A stretch of DNA of 64,000 nt from an uncultured Nitrososphaerota archaeon. GTDB taxonomy: Archaea > Thermoproteota > Nitrososphaeria > Nitrososphaerales > CADDZS01. The DNA is taken from NCBI GenBank assembly GCA_963799845.1, contig CAWCYI010000004.1, positions 2,016,001 to 2,080,000 of the forward strand, given 5' to 3'. This document shows positions 19,739-30,809 of the stretch, piece by piece. Each line of letters starts with the position of its first letter. The stretch's first letter is position 1. The notes below the pieces were generated by a model that ran no database searches, was not told the origin of the DNA, and saw only the letters and a program-made list of their open reading frames with translations. A program made the position numbers and the translations under genes.

Positions 19739-20398
19739 CTAAACAAAGCCAACAAAGAGCGAGTCTTGTTTCACGTTCAGGATTGAACGCATACCGTTTG
19801 CAGATTCCAGCATCCGATCCCGATGTTCAAGATCATCGTAATCTCCCATAATATCGCCACCTGCCCTCGTACTGGCGTAGTGATCGACTGTTGACAACTT
19901 CTCTCCCTTCATTGGGTCAGCAATCGTGCCGATGAGAAGCAATCGAGTCCGAGATTTTATTTTCGCAGTGTCGATCCACGGCTTTGCTTTGCGGCTCGGG
20001 TCCACGCCAGTTTCTCCGTGCTTCATCAAAGCCGTTCCAACGTTCTGCTTGAGCTGCATCATGTTGCGCGAGTCCTCGATCTCGGGGATATGCCCTTTCA
20101 GGAGATCGTGGAGTACGCCCGCATCTCGAAGCTCCTGGATGAATTTTCCAGTGGTGTGCGCGGTTCCCTTTGAATCGCCGTACACTAGCGAGCTGTCAGG
20201 GCCGCGACCGTACTTTTCTCCCGCTGCAAAACTCACAGGAACGAATCGAAAATCTTGAGATTGTTCTGCCCCGCAGCCACTACAAACATATTGAGTGCCG
20301 AAGGCTTCGTTTTCGTCTCGAACTATTTCGCCACCGCAAACTTTTCCATCGCCGAGGCGAGGAACTTCACATATCCACTGAGCATCTGCCGTACCCAC
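19739..20398 (-). CDS. N-terminal Zn-ribbon protein resembling the TFIIB/TFB ribbon
   Basis: C...CGGEIVRD...YVCSGCGA; no clear cyclin repeats. Confidence 0.55.
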   Translation of the reverse strand: MGTADAQWICEVPRLGDGKVCGGEIVRDENEAFGTQYVCSGCGAEQSQDFRFVPVSFAAGEKYGRGPDSSLVYGDSKGTAHTTGKFIQELRDAGVLHDLLKGHIPEIEDSRNMMQLKQNVGTALMKHGETGVDPSRKAKPWIDTAKIKSRTRLLLIGTIADPMKGEKLSTVDHYASTRAGGDIMGDYDDLEHRDRMLESANGMRSILNVKQDSLFVGFV

Positions 20399-20553
20399 AG
20401 GAGATTTCAGAAATTGCGCTGTGAAAGAATCGATATAAGGTGTATTCTTATGTAAAAATCCTCTAGTTTGACGTTCACCCCTGATGTATTTTGCACCAAA
20501 ATTTAGGCTCGATATGAGCTGAATACCCCGACTACTACTACTACCAGAACAAG

Positions 20554-21156
20554 TTAGTCGTTTCGCGCGCGCTCTGTGGCCACTTTCAAAAGTTTAGAGC
20601 AAGCAACGAGGAAATCTAGTCTGAGATCCATTGTAGCAGAGCAAACTTGGAAAGATATTGGATTGCAACCGTTAGTGCCGTATTGAGTGAATGGAGTCGA
20701 GCTGCCGATGGATGCTTGATATGATCCCTCTGGCACTCCTTTGATTATCGTTTGAGCTGAAAAGTAATAGGCGTACTGCGCGGCTGGCACGTTGACAGTA
20801 ATCGTGTAAGGCCCGTGCGTTACTCCCGAGCTATCGACGACCTGGATCGTGAATGTGAAACTCAGAGGAAAGATGTTCTCCTGTGGAATTACGAGCTGCT
20901 GATACTCAGGAACGCCTAGCAGATCTAGCGCGGAAGGTGCAGCGCATTGGGTTGCCCCGTACTGAAAGACAAATCCGCTGACCCAATGTGAGAGGCCGTT
21001 GTCGTTGTATGTTCCCTCGACAATTAGAGTAGTGTTGCAGATTGGCGTGGAGCTGCCGCCGAAGGCTGCTGCGGGAATAGATCCGAGAGCTAGCACTACT
21101 CCCGCTGCGACAAGCAAGATCAGAAAAAATGCGATGTATGCTTTAGCACTCGCCAT
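20554..21156 (-). CDS. Secreted or membrane-anchored beta-rich protein
   Basis: Signal-like N-terminus and Ig-like composition; C-terminus may be frameshifted. Confidence 0.7.
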   Translation of the reverse strand: MASAKAYIAFFLILLVAAGVVLALGSIPAAAFGGSSTPICNTTLIVEGTYNDNGLSHWVSGFVFQYGATQCAAPSALDLLGVPEYQQLVIPQENIFPLSFTFTIQVVDSSGVTHGPYTITVNVPAAQYAYYFSAQTIIKGVPEGSYQASIGSSTPFTQYGTNGCNPISFQVCSATMDLRLDFLVACSKLLKVATERARND

Positions 21157-21630
21157 TTATCTTCGCCTAGAGTTGAGGACGTTTGCTCTCTCGAACACGA
21201 TGACAGCTACCGTGAAATCGAGAACCGCCGCAATAATCGCGAGAATGATGAAGGCCACGGTCGGACCGACTGGGATCGCCATAGAGGATTTTCCAGTAAC
21301 CGAAAGCAATGCAAAATAATTGCCTGGCGATGAGAACGCGCCAGTTGCCAAAAAGTAGCTGAGTATTAGGAGTCCAACGAATGTCGCAACGCCGACGAGC
21401 GCGAGTTTCGCACCCTGTTTCGAGAGGATCAGCAAAGCGATCAGCCCGGTACCCGCGAAAATCAATGGGAAGAACCACTGACTAAGCCAGCCTAGCGTAG
21501 AGGAAAAGACGTAGCCGATCAGAACGCCGCCCACGGTGAAGATCAACAAAACGAGGGGCAGGCCCACGGTACCCAACGCCGTAACTAATATCCCGAGAGC
21601 CACGGCCACGTCTATGATCTTGCTGACCAT
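21157..21630 (-). CDS. Multi-pass membrane protein
   Basis: Likely start MVSKIID at 21630; almost entirely hydrophobic. Confidence 0.75.
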   Translation of the reverse strand: MVSKIIDVAVALGILVTALGTVGLPLVLLIFTVGGVLIGYVFSSTLGWLSQWFFPLIFAGTGLIALLILSKQGAKLALVGVATFVGLLILSYFLATGAFSSPGNYFALLSVTGKSSMAIPVGPTVAFIILAIIAAVLDFTVAVIVFERANVLNSRRR

Positions 21631-21657
21631 GAAAGAAAAACCACTTTTTCTGTTGTC

Positions 21658-21990
21658 ATGCCTTCGACACATATCCTCAAGATGATCGGCTTTGGGTTCC
21701 TCTCGGCTGCAATCGGGGTGATCCTGCTGATCAACGCATACATCATTCACCCGCCTTACATCTATCTGCCGATAGTACTGGCTGCTGTAATGATTCTGAT
21801 CGCAGCGGTAACAATGCTATGCACCCAGAAGCTCTCGGAGAAGCTGGCGGATTTCTTCTTGGTGATCCTCGGTCTATTACTTTTGTTAGTGCCGATCTTT
21901 AACGCGCCAGTACTATCTACCGTGGTAGTTGCGGCAATCATCCTGATTGTGGGAGTTATCGAAATCGTCATCGGTCTTGTTATGGCGTAG
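21658..21990 (+). CDS. Four-TM membrane protein
   Basis: Divergent from 21630 across a 27-bp spacer. Confidence 0.75.
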   Translation: MPSTHILKMIGFGFLSAAIGVILLINAYIIHPPYIYLPIVLAAVMILIAAVTMLCTQKLSEKLADFFLVILGLLLLLVPIFNAPVLSTVVVAAIILIVGVIEIVIGLVMA

Positions 21991-21998
21991 TTGAGAAA

Positions 21999-24051
21999 AT
22001 GAGACTAGAGAAAGGACGGTTTTCTGTAAAGAAAATTAGTCCTTTGGCAGTAATCCTGCTCTGCGCCCTCGCTTCTATGGCTGCCGTGCCGAGCCTTTTC
22101 ACGAGATCTTTTGCAGACACCGCGAATGTCATCCAATCAGGACAGACCATCCATTGCAGTTCCACTGCCACTCTGACGTTGGGAAGCGACGTAACCGCTG
22201 GTGATGTTCTGATCGTTGGAATTGATTTTGGGGCGGCAGAATCGGGTCCAACGTACAGCGCCCATCTGACCGACAGCCAGAGTAATTCATTCGCCGAACA
22301 AGTTTTGCATGAACGCACCAGTACGCTTTCACCACCCGACGGCGGCGGAGAGTATGAATCTGGGATCTACACTGCGGTTGCGAAAGCGAATTCTTCAGAC
22401 ACTTTCACGCTGACCGCGCAGTATGAATCGGAAGATACCGACACCTGTTACAGCATCCAGGTTGTCGAGGCATCAGATATTTACGCTACACCGATCAGCA
22501 CGGGGATCGGCAGCGGGAATGAAGGAAACTGCTGCGGTCTGAATTCGTCTCTTACCTTCAACACGATTGATTTCGCTACCGCCCTAACCGACGACACGGG
22601 CGAAGGGACGTGGAGCTGTACCAACAGCAACTTCACCTGCCTGACCGCAAGCCAGACTGAATTCTTCGGCGGAAATGGCAACGGAGAGTACGCGCTGATC
22701 GATGGAAATCAATCAACTAGCCAGATGAACATGACCCTAACAACGGCAAAGGACGTGTTCGTTGAAACTGCTGCGATCTTTGAACAGGTGATCCCGCCAG
22801 TGATAGTGTACGATGTGGGTTCGAGCAATGGGGCCTGCAACGTCGCGAGCCTCACAAATTCTCTCACCACGAACAACGCGAGCGAGGTAATTGTGGGTCT
22901 AGTCTCTTGGTCAAACACTAGCGCATTTACGATCAACTCGGGATGGAATTTCCGTCAGTCCGAATACATAGATCCGGGCGGCAGTGGAAACGTCCAGTAC
23001 GGCGAAAATCTAACGGAGTACTGGATGGATGCCCCGACCCCAGGTACCTATTCCCTTACCGTAACTGAGAATCCTAGCAACACAGAAGCCTGCATTGGGA
23101 TAATTGAATTCTCGGTGATAGGAGTGAACACTACCGCGCCCTTCGATCCCTCGTTCACTTTGCCCTCGGTTACGACAGACACTACCGGACTTCCAAATGG
23201 AACCGTGGTAGCTACCACGAATCCCAATAATATGATCATAGGACTCGAAGGGGATCAGCAAAGCAGTAATCAGATAGCTGGCTCTGGATTTACGCTCGCT
23301 CAAACAAACTCTAATGGCGAGGACGTTAGCGCGGAATATCTAGTGGTGAACCAAACCCAGAGCGATCTAGCAGTACCATTCGCGCAAAGCCTGACCTATC
23401 CGTGGATACAGTTCACCGATGCCCTAACCCACGGCGACGGCACGGGTGCGCCCATTCCACCTGGTCCAACAACAACAACAGCAAACAACGCGGGCTGCTG
23501 CCAAGTATTCAATCCAACAACATACACCTCAAGCAATTTCCTGACCTCGACCTCGACAGTTACCTCGTCCACGACCACAAAGACGACTATCACTTTCACC
23601 AGGGAGTACCCGTACATTGATGACATTGTTACCAACGTGCCGCCGAACAAGCCCCTTCTCGCAGGTTACAATTTCGTAGTGGATAATTCTGGCGCGGGCA
23701 ATCAGACACAGCTCTTGCAGATTACTCTCAAATATCCAAATTCCAAAATACAAGTCATCTATCCTGCATCCGAGCTTCCAATAATGGTCGCGGCTGCGAG
23801 CAAAGCAAATCTGCCCTTCAACCTCTCGATCTCAAGCCCAGGTCTGCCGACGAAGAGCTGACGTGATTCAGGGAACAGCGGAATTCCTGAAATTTAACGG
23901 GCCGACTTTCGCGTACGTCAATAGCCCGTTCACGATCACAGTGAATTCAGGCTCTGCCATCCTCGTAGAATTGTTTCCATGGATCCTAGTAGTTGCAATG
24001 GTCCTATTAGTGGGCGCGGTACTAACCGTGATCGTCCAGCGCAGACGGTAG
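21999..24051 (+). CDS. Large secreted beta-rich adhesin/spike-like protein with C-terminal anchor (frameshift near 23860)
   Basis: Signal peptide, Ser/Thr/Cys-rich domains; the TM anchor lies in the next ORF 23863-24051. Confidence 0.7.
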
Positions 24052-24054
24052 AAA

Positions 24055-25095
24055 TTGAAGAAAAGAATTCTGATCGCCATCGAGGTTTTGCTTGTCGTCA
24101 TTACGGCTAGCTTTTCCACTCCGTCAGCATCAGCCAGCGGGGTCGGTTTTCTCGCCTCGTTTGACACAAACACCAACAATCCTCATTTCGCAGTTCTGGG
24201 AATTTCACTAGCGAATCTCTCGGACACTGGACAGTTGGCCACCGCTTACACCAACTATTGTTTGGGATGCAGCACCGTCTCGATTCCCTCGATCAGCGTA
24301 CTAGTGGGGCAAACATATCTTGTCCTCGTTTCGGTGAACACCAGCTCTTCGAGTTGTGGCGGATTGTCTGACACCTTAAGGCAAACCTTCACGCCAACGG
24401 CTGCGGCACACAGCTCCACCGGACATGCAACAGTCTGCGCCTATAATGAAGGAAGCATTACGTCGAGTGGCATGGACGCTATCAGTGTTACGGATCTTTC
24501 GCTGAATTACAACATAGAAGTCTATGTCTACGTCCTAACAGGTTACTCAAATGGAACCCTCGGCTACAACTCTGCTGATGATGCGACCTGTTCATGCAGC
24601 CCCACGATCCCCCAGCTCTACTTCAATTATGTCTCGGTCAATCCTGGATGGTTTGGCGCGGGGGCCTATGACAGCACCGCGCTGACTACTGTACAGCTGA
24701 CCTATGAGGCTGGCACTACTGGGATCGGCGAAGGCGTTAGTGGCGGTCAATATGCGGGCTTTGGTGGAGAATATTTCATCAATACTGGACCCATCACCAG
24801 CACGGTTACGACGACCACGCCTATCACAACTACTACAACTTCGGCAGTTACGACAACTGCGCCCGGCCCGTGCTGCGTCCAAGTTCAGGGCGGCGGCGTT
24901 CAAACTACAACGGCCATCGGTCCTACAACCGTGAGCGCGAGTACGCTAACTCAGGTCAGATCGTCCTCGGTCAAATCCATCCTGACTATCTTCGAGCTAT
25001 CGAGCTCGGAATGGTTCGTCGCGATCATCGCAGTAGCGATTGCTGTCCTCGCAAGCGTCGTCGTAGTGATCCGCGTGAGGACTCGCCATTTCTAG
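24055..25095 (+). CDS. Secreted protein with Thr-rich stalk and C-terminal anchor
   Basis: Signal peptide, poly-Thr, CC motif as in 21999, C-terminal TM. Confidence 0.8.
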   Translation: MKKRILIAIEVLLVVITASFSTPSASASGVGFLASFDTNTNNPHFAVLGISLANLSDTGQLATAYTNYCLGCSTVSIPSISVLVGQTYLVLVSVNTSSSSCGGLSDTLRQTFTPTAAAHSSTGHATVCAYNEGSITSSGMDAISVTDLSLNYNIEVYVYVLTGYSNGTLGYNSADDATCSCSPTIPQLYFNYVSVNPGWFGAGAYDSTALTTVQLTYEAGTTGIGEGVSGGQYAGFGGEYFINTGPITSTVTTTTPITTTTTSAVTTTAPGPCCVQVQGGGVQTTTAIGPTTVSASTLTQVRSSSVKSILTIFELSSSEWFVAIIAVAIAVLASVVVVIRVRTRHF

Positions 25096-25487
25096 CCGAT
25101 TTTGAAAAACTGTCTCGCGCTAGGACTCAACTCGGCCACTAAGACGGCTACGCCAAGTACCAAAGCGGGGATCAGAAAAATTTCATTACCCAGAGCTACG
25201 AATAGTAATGTTGCCGAGAACAGGATGATGAGAACCGATGATAAAAGGGTGAAGGCCCAAGCAATCCGAATTCCAGCAAATAACCAAATGAAAAGGATCA
25301 ATCCGACCAGACCTAATGCGATATAGAAAAACCCAAACAGGCCGTTGAGGGCTCGGTTTTGAAGCTGCATGATATTAGCTAATCCAAACCAAGCAGCTAT
25401 GCTACCCATAACGAGAAGATACATGCTTTCAACTCCCTGCAACACTCCTAGCGCGATTACACCATTCGTCCTTTTTCCGTGCGCCAT
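25092..25487 (-). CDS. Four-TM membrane protein
   Basis: Hydrophobic segments; ends in 'SARQFFK'. Confidence 0.75.
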   Translation of the reverse strand: MAHGKRTNGVIALGVLQGVESMYLLVMGSIAAWFGLANIMQLQNRALNGLFGFFYIALGLVGLILFIWLFAGIRIAWAFTLLSSVLIILFSATLLFVALGNEIFLIPALVLGVAVLVAELSPSARQFFKIG

Positions 25488-25569
25488 GTAACTAAAAGGA
25501 AATCTTGTAGTTAGTACAACGTACCGAGAAATTTCCTTTTACATTTACGAAGGAAAAGCGCAGCTAAAA

Positions 25570-26358
25570 ATGCCGAAGTTCTTCCTAGTCGGTAGTGCCG
25601 GTCAAAGCCGCCACCACTTTGAACAGCGTTCTCAGCGAAAGCAAAGGAAAGCTACCGCTAGGAGATCCTCGGTAGTCAAAAAGAAATCCCGAGCCGTCGA
25701 GCGTCCAGTTCCCAAGAAGATCGAAAAGCGGGAAATGGAAGCTAAGGCAGTAGCTCAAGTTGTTTCGCAAAGACCACCCCTTGGGGCGCACACGGTTGAT
25801 ATTACTCAGGACGTTGCCAGGGCGATTGAGAATTCTAAATTTGGTCCGCTGATCAAAGCGCGAGAAGCTGCGGCAAAGTCAGCCCCAACAAATGAGCAGA
25901 TCATTCGATTTCCAAACAGACCCAGGCCGAGGCCGCCTAGTCGCCCGTACAATTCGATCCAAACTCAGAAGGAAGCTGCTGCGGTCAGAGAGCAGAAGAA
26001 AGAGACTAGAGAGCTTATCAAAGAATTTCCAGACCTGAATTCAAAGGAAAAAGATCTCATCAAGAAAGCTGGACTTGTCGGCGTTGGAAAACCGAAAGTC
26101 TCGATCAGCAAACCCGACTCTACAATAGTGGTGCAGCAAAAGGTCGTTCAGACTCCGACGACGAGCAGTGGGCATGATACGGGTTGGGATCTCGTGGGGA
26201 AAGTTCCTTCATCCAGCGGCCACGGAGATTACGAGATTAAGATCAATCGGAACACGGGAAGATTAGGCTGTTCTTGTCCGCGATACAAATTCAGCGGTAT
26301 GCAGAGCTGCAAACACACGGAAGCGTACCAAGCGAACCCAGAAGCCTATAAGGTCTAA
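25570..26358 (+). CDS. Leader-tagged basic protein with C-terminal SWIM-type Zn finger
   Basis: MPKFFLV...RHHF leader; SSSGHGDYEI...GCSCPRYKF...SCKH. Confidence 0.8.
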   Translation: MPKFFLVGSAGQSRHHFEQRSQRKQRKATARRSSVVKKKSRAVERPVPKKIEKREMEAKAVAQVVSQRPPLGAHTVDITQDVARAIENSKFGPLIKAREAAAKSAPTNEQIIRFPNRPRPRPPSRPYNSIQTQKEAAAVREQKKETRELIKEFPDLNSKEKDLIKKAGLVGVGKPKVSISKPDSTIVVQQKVVQTPTTSSGHDTGWDLVGKVPSSSGHGDYEIKINRNTGRLGCSCPRYKFSGMQSCKHTEAYQANPEAYKV

Positions 26359-26363
26359 CGCCC

Positions 26364-27497
26364 GTGCCGAAGTACTTCCTCGCGAAGCACTATCCACGCA
26401 GAGCTCCGCCAGCAAAAAAGAATCCTCGCCCTAAATTTGAGTACAAGCACGAGGAAGCCAAATACCGCGTAGATCTAAAACGCGATCTGCGAGTCCGAGG
26501 AATTCCGTTTAACAAAGAAGCCAAGACGGAGATTCTGGAAAAGGCACACGAGAGAGTTGGCGAAACCTATCCGCGTGTTACTGTGATGGGTGGGATGTTC
26601 TCAAATCTGATTACATCTCCACGCGCAATTTTGCTGGACAGAAACCTGGCGGGAAAAATCAGTTCTGTTTGTGGACATGAACGGTGGACCGAAAGATATG
26701 GTGCGAGTGCTGTATCTCACGGGCCGAGACGCTGGAAAGATCGAGAAGGTCAGGCTAGGAAATCTCAACGCTGATATGTACGACAGGACCCCGATGACGT
26801 TGAAAGAGGCGAAGGACGAGGCTGCGAAAAATCTCAAGCGATCCAAACTGGAAGCTTTCGCGAATTCACACGCAGTTACTCGTAACGAAGTGGTTGCCAT
26901 TGCAGCTGAAGATGAGGAAAGATCTTCACGCCTCTCCAGATGGGCTGCAAGTGATGAGCCACGGTCTAATGAAAGACAGCGACCTTCAAATCACAGTCAA
27001 GATGCCCGAGGGAAAACGGATCTCCCAGAATCAAGTGAAAGAGGCGATCCGCAACGCTGGATACAAAGGCGAGATGGAAACTTTCCTCTTGGGCCGCGTG
27101 ATTGAGGTCAGGTTCATAGTACCGGGTCAGGATAAGGCGCGTGAAGAACTGGAAAAGATTGAGGCAGAGGAAGAACGGAAATCTCGAAATGATCTGGCGC
27201 GTCGAAGTCGGCAGGACAGAAAAAGCCGACCTGCTTCGAGAGGATTTGAAGAAACGGAATCTCCCAGGAGCTTTCATCTTGGGATACGACGATGCGGTTC
27301 GCAGCACGGATCCTAACAACGTCAATTACGACAAATCATTCGACGCGAGCAAGCCAGAGGAAATGTCACAGCGAATCATAAACAGTTTTGGTGATCCGAA
27401 ATTGCAGACCAAGCAGTACGCTGATGGAGTCAGAGCCTTCGTGAAAGCGAAGAAAGAAGGAAAGGACGTTTCAAAACCGTTGGACTGGTTACTATGA
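26364..27497 (+). CDS. Leader-tagged protein, probably one gene broken by several frameshifts
   Basis: MPKYFLAKHYPRR start; staggered ORFs at 26364, 26671, 26894 and 27141. Confidence 0.55.
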
Positions 27498-27577
27498 AAA
27501 AAATTAGAAGATCTGTGACAATCACTGACAAAAAATCAAATTCCATCCTGAAGCTTTGTAAAAGCACCAGCCGAGTT

Positions 27578-29401
27578 TTAGGTGGAGGGGAATGGAGAAT
27601 AGTATACCTCAGTGAGAGAGCTCAAGCCCGGTGAGAAGTCTAGTCCTCCGACGCAGAAGATCTCAGCTTTGGCAGTGAAACATGATTGGTCTGAGACAGC
27701 TGAAGGATAGTCGGATCCAGCACTCCAATTGCCTAAACCTGACGAACTCACAAGGGAATAGTAGGTCTGATTCAACGAGTAGCCACTCGCATTCTCCCCT
27801 CCGACGCACTCTATTATTCCCGTGTTGTAGGCACACGCCGCGCTTGCAACCGCCCATGGGTACGCGGGACCCTGCGACCACGGCCCGATTTGCCCATTCG
27901 AGAATGGTGCGTAATACACGGCGTTAGTTACGCCATTCGGTCCATAGCCTCCGACACAAATGATCCAGCCTCCGCCGCTCGTGCATGGCATGCTGTAGTA
28001 AATGGAGACCGGATAGTTATAGGGAGAGAGTCGCCATTGTCCTAGACCGTTGCTCGTCATAGTCGCGTAATACACCGAGTTATCGTTTCCAGATATGCAG
28101 TAAACATAGTCTGATATTGACGCGCAGCTTCCAACAAAGTTCATTGGATAGCTGGTTGTCTCTTTCCAAACTCCGACTCCTGAGGATGAAATGGGGGCAT
28201 AATAGGTCGCATTGGTGTCACTGGGTGCGGCGTCGTCTCCACCAATGCAGTACACAAAGCCCCCGTAGGTGACGCACTGCAGATCCGTGTCGTTCAAAGG
28301 GTACGGAGTGGTGCTCTGCCACTCGCCTAAGCCACTAGAAGTTACCTCCGCGTAATAAGTCGCGTTTGATCCAGATTCATTGCCAATTCCGGCTATACAG
28401 TATACATAACCAGAGCTCTGCACACAGGACCCGTCGGCGAACTCTTGGGGATAGGTTGTCGTCGCGTTCCACAAAATGCCGTTGCTAACGACAGGATTCG
28501 GACCGGGGTAAGTGATTTCTGGCAAATACAGGAAAACGGTGAAATTGTTAGTCAGTGACCATTTCTGAGTAAACATTGTTCCTGAAACATTCTTCGAATC
28601 GATCGCGAAGCTCAAGCTGATACTGAAATTAGTCTGGGGACCGGTATAATTCTGCTGCATCACTTCGCCGATTTTGCCTTCTAGAAACTTTCCACCGCCC
28701 AAAGACCAATTGACATCTGTTGGTGGAGACCCACCATTAGGGACGTTCAGGCTCACCACATCAAAATCGAATGTACTAGAGCCAACCTGAGTAATGTTGA
28801 ACGATACAGTATCGAGCGGCATTTCGTTGTAGGGATCAGTAGCAGGATATACCGCATAGCAGGTCATCGTATTCTGGTTTGTAAAAATTGGGTAGGACTC
28901 TCCTCCACCACTCATGTCGCCACAATCCAGGCCGATCCCGGTCTGATTACCTGCCAGAAAATCACTGGTGTATTGAGAAATCCCAGCTGAGGGGCCACTC
29001 AACTGTCCCGAACTAAAGACCAGACTAGTGAAAACACCTCCGAAATGGCAGGGAGGTGGTGGCATGGTCGCGTTACCCTGCGAGCACGGCGTAAAAGTCG
29101 AGGTAGTCATCGGTGTCGAAGTAAAGTTTGTAATCACCCTAGTCGTGTTTGTCGAGCTATTCTGAATCGAAGAGTAATTTGCAATGTGTGAACCGCTCGA
29201 ATTGGAATATTCGCTGAGAGTTGTAGATTCCTGTGAAGAGGTGGTTGTAGCTGCCGAGATTGCAGTCGTTGTTGAAGAAGGTTGATCCAATACTACCGAA
29301 GATTGAGTAGAAGAGGTTACTTCAACAGCCGCAATGACTAATGCAGCAACAACAATCAAAGCACCGATAGCAAGGAGGGATGATCTCCCTGGCCGAGGCA
29401 A
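27578..29401 (-). CDS. Membrane-anchored protein with Kelch-like beta-propeller repeats
   Basis: About five repeats of 'YP....SC....GYVYCIGG....TYYA.I.S.G.G.W'. Confidence 0.8.
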   Translation of the reverse strand: MPRPGRSSLLAIGALIVVAALVIAAVEVTSSTQSSVVLDQPSSTTTAISAATTTSSQESTTLSEYSNSSGSHIANYSSIQNSSTNTTRVITNFTSTPMTTSTFTPCSQGNATMPPPPCHFGGVFTSLVFSSGQLSGPSAGISQYTSDFLAGNQTGIGLDCGDMSGGGESYPIFTNQNTMTCYAVYPATDPYNEMPLDTVSFNITQVGSSTFDFDVVSLNVPNGGSPPTDVNWSLGGGKFLEGKIGEVMQQNYTGPQTNFSISLSFAIDSKNVSGTMFTQKWSLTNNFTVFLYLPEITYPGPNPVVSNGILWNATTTYPQEFADGSCVQSSGYVYCIAGIGNESGSNATYYAEVTSSGLGEWQSTTPYPLNDTDLQCVTYGGFVYCIGGDDAAPSDTNATYYAPISSSGVGVWKETTSYPMNFVGSCASISDYVYCISGNDNSVYYATMTSNGLGQWRLSPYNYPVSIYYSMPCTSGGGWIICVGGYGPNGVTNAVYYAPFSNGQIGPWSQGPAYPWAVASAACAYNTGIIECVGGENASGYSLNQTYYSLVSSSGLGNWSAGSDYPSAVSDQSCFTAKAEIFCVGGLDFSPGLSSLTEVYYSPFPST

Positions 29402-29541
29402 TTTTCTCCGGACCCTTTCACTTGGAAGTTATGAAGTGCGGTTACTTTAACTTTGAAGAGACGTTCGCGCTTCGGAAGCATTACTTCCTTGGAAAGACAG
29501 AAATTTATAATCGCCCTCTGTTGATAGAATAAGGTGAAAAT

Positions 29542-29985
29542 ATGCTAAAGACGAGCCCGTTTCTTCTGTTTGACGGAAACTGCGCTGAGGCAATGACTTT
29601 CTACCACGAGTGCTTTGGAGGAGAGTTAAGACTGACAAAGCTTGCCGATTCACCTATGAAGGATATGCTACCTCCCGAGAAACACAACCGAATCATCAAT
29701 GCATATCTGAAAAATGGCATCATTGAGATCTCGGCCACCGACTGGATGGCGGCCCCGCAGTACGAACCAACCCTGGGAGAGATGTACGCCGTATTTGTCA
29801 GGGGCAATTATGACGAGGTAAAGCCGGTATTTGACAAGCTTGCAGTTGGGGCAGAGAAGGATAGGTTCCAAGAACTGCACCAGATGCCGTTTGGAATGTA
29901 CGGACAGATGTATGATAAATTCCACAGGCATTGGATATTTGTGGCGGATGAAAAGAATAACCCGGCTGATGCTACCCAAAAGTGA
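29542..29985 (+). CDS. VOC/glyoxalase PhnB-like protein
   Basis: PFLLFDGNCAEAMTFY...FGG, MPFGMYGQMYDKF...W; TTTATAA box upstream. Confidence 0.9.
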   Translation: MLKTSPFLLFDGNCAEAMTFYHECFGGELRLTKLADSPMKDMLPPEKHNRIINAYLKNGIIEISATDWMAAPQYEPTLGEMYAVFVRGNYDEVKPVFDKLAVGAEKDRFQELHQMPFGMYGQMYDKFHRHWIFVADEKNNPADATQK

Positions 29986-30302
29986 AGGAAAGAAACTTGT
30001 GCAGCCGTAAACAGCTTCTATCTTGATCCTGTTTGGGGCGGCGAAGACACGGCTCCTCTGTTCAATACTGTAACATTTGGATAGTGAGCAGATCTAAATT
30101 CTAAGATGCCGCGGTCGCAGAGGTTCCTGAATCAAGTCGTCTACTGGCCCCTCGAAAATCAGTCGAGAACAGACGGCAGAAGATCAAGAAACGCGGGTTA
30201 AGAAACGCCTGGATTTGAAGCACTGACAAAACCCGATCCCGAGGAAGAAAAGAAAGAGCAGGCGCGACGATTGAGAAACTTTCTAAATCCGCTGTACTTC
30301 AA

Positions 30303-30809
30303 CTAGCAGAATCCAAAGTAGTCTGAGGATTCAGAATTTTCTCGTAATTTACATCGCTCATCAAGAATAGTTGCCCCTGTTCGGCCATGTCCACGATCAG
30401 CTCGAGCTCCCTTCGGCAACAAGTACTCATCAATATCCTCGGGATTGATCTTCTCGTCAGGATTGTTGTCGTCCTCTGTCAGATACCATTCAACACCGTC
30501 GCGAGTAGCCAGCCACAAAACTTTCGCGTCAGGTCCGAATCGTTTTTCGATCTCAACAAAAATATCTGCGAGTTTGGAATTCTTCCGCATCCCCCGGTTC
30601 TCCGCAATCTCGCCCCTCTCGTCGTTGTGCAGCTCTTTGATTTCATGGGTGATAACTTCTTCCGAGTTTCTGTATCCCTCGCCGTACGCTGTCTCTGTGC
30701 GGTATCCCTTCATCGCAGAGAGAATTTCGCGAGCTTCCTTCGTGCGTTCAGGAATTCGGATCTTGTGTGCAGCTCGCTTCGGTCCGCGCTGCGGATAATG
30801 CTTACTCAA
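30303..30809 (-). CDS. Leader-tagged hypothetical protein
   Basis: MSKHYPQR; TTG start overlaps the upstream TGA; C-terminus may be frameshifted. Confidence 0.7.
   Translation of the reverse strand: MSKHYPQRGPKRAAHKIRIPERTKEAREILSAMKGYRTETAYGEGYRNSEEVITHEIKELHNDERGEIAENRGMRKNSKLADIFVEIEKRFGPDAKVLWLATRDGVEWYLTEDDNNPDEKINPEDIDEYLLPKGARADRGHGRTGATILDERCKLRENSESSDYFGFC

Noticed and set aside
24790-24860. ACN-rich tandem-like repeats
   Set aside because: They simply encode Thr-rich stalks.
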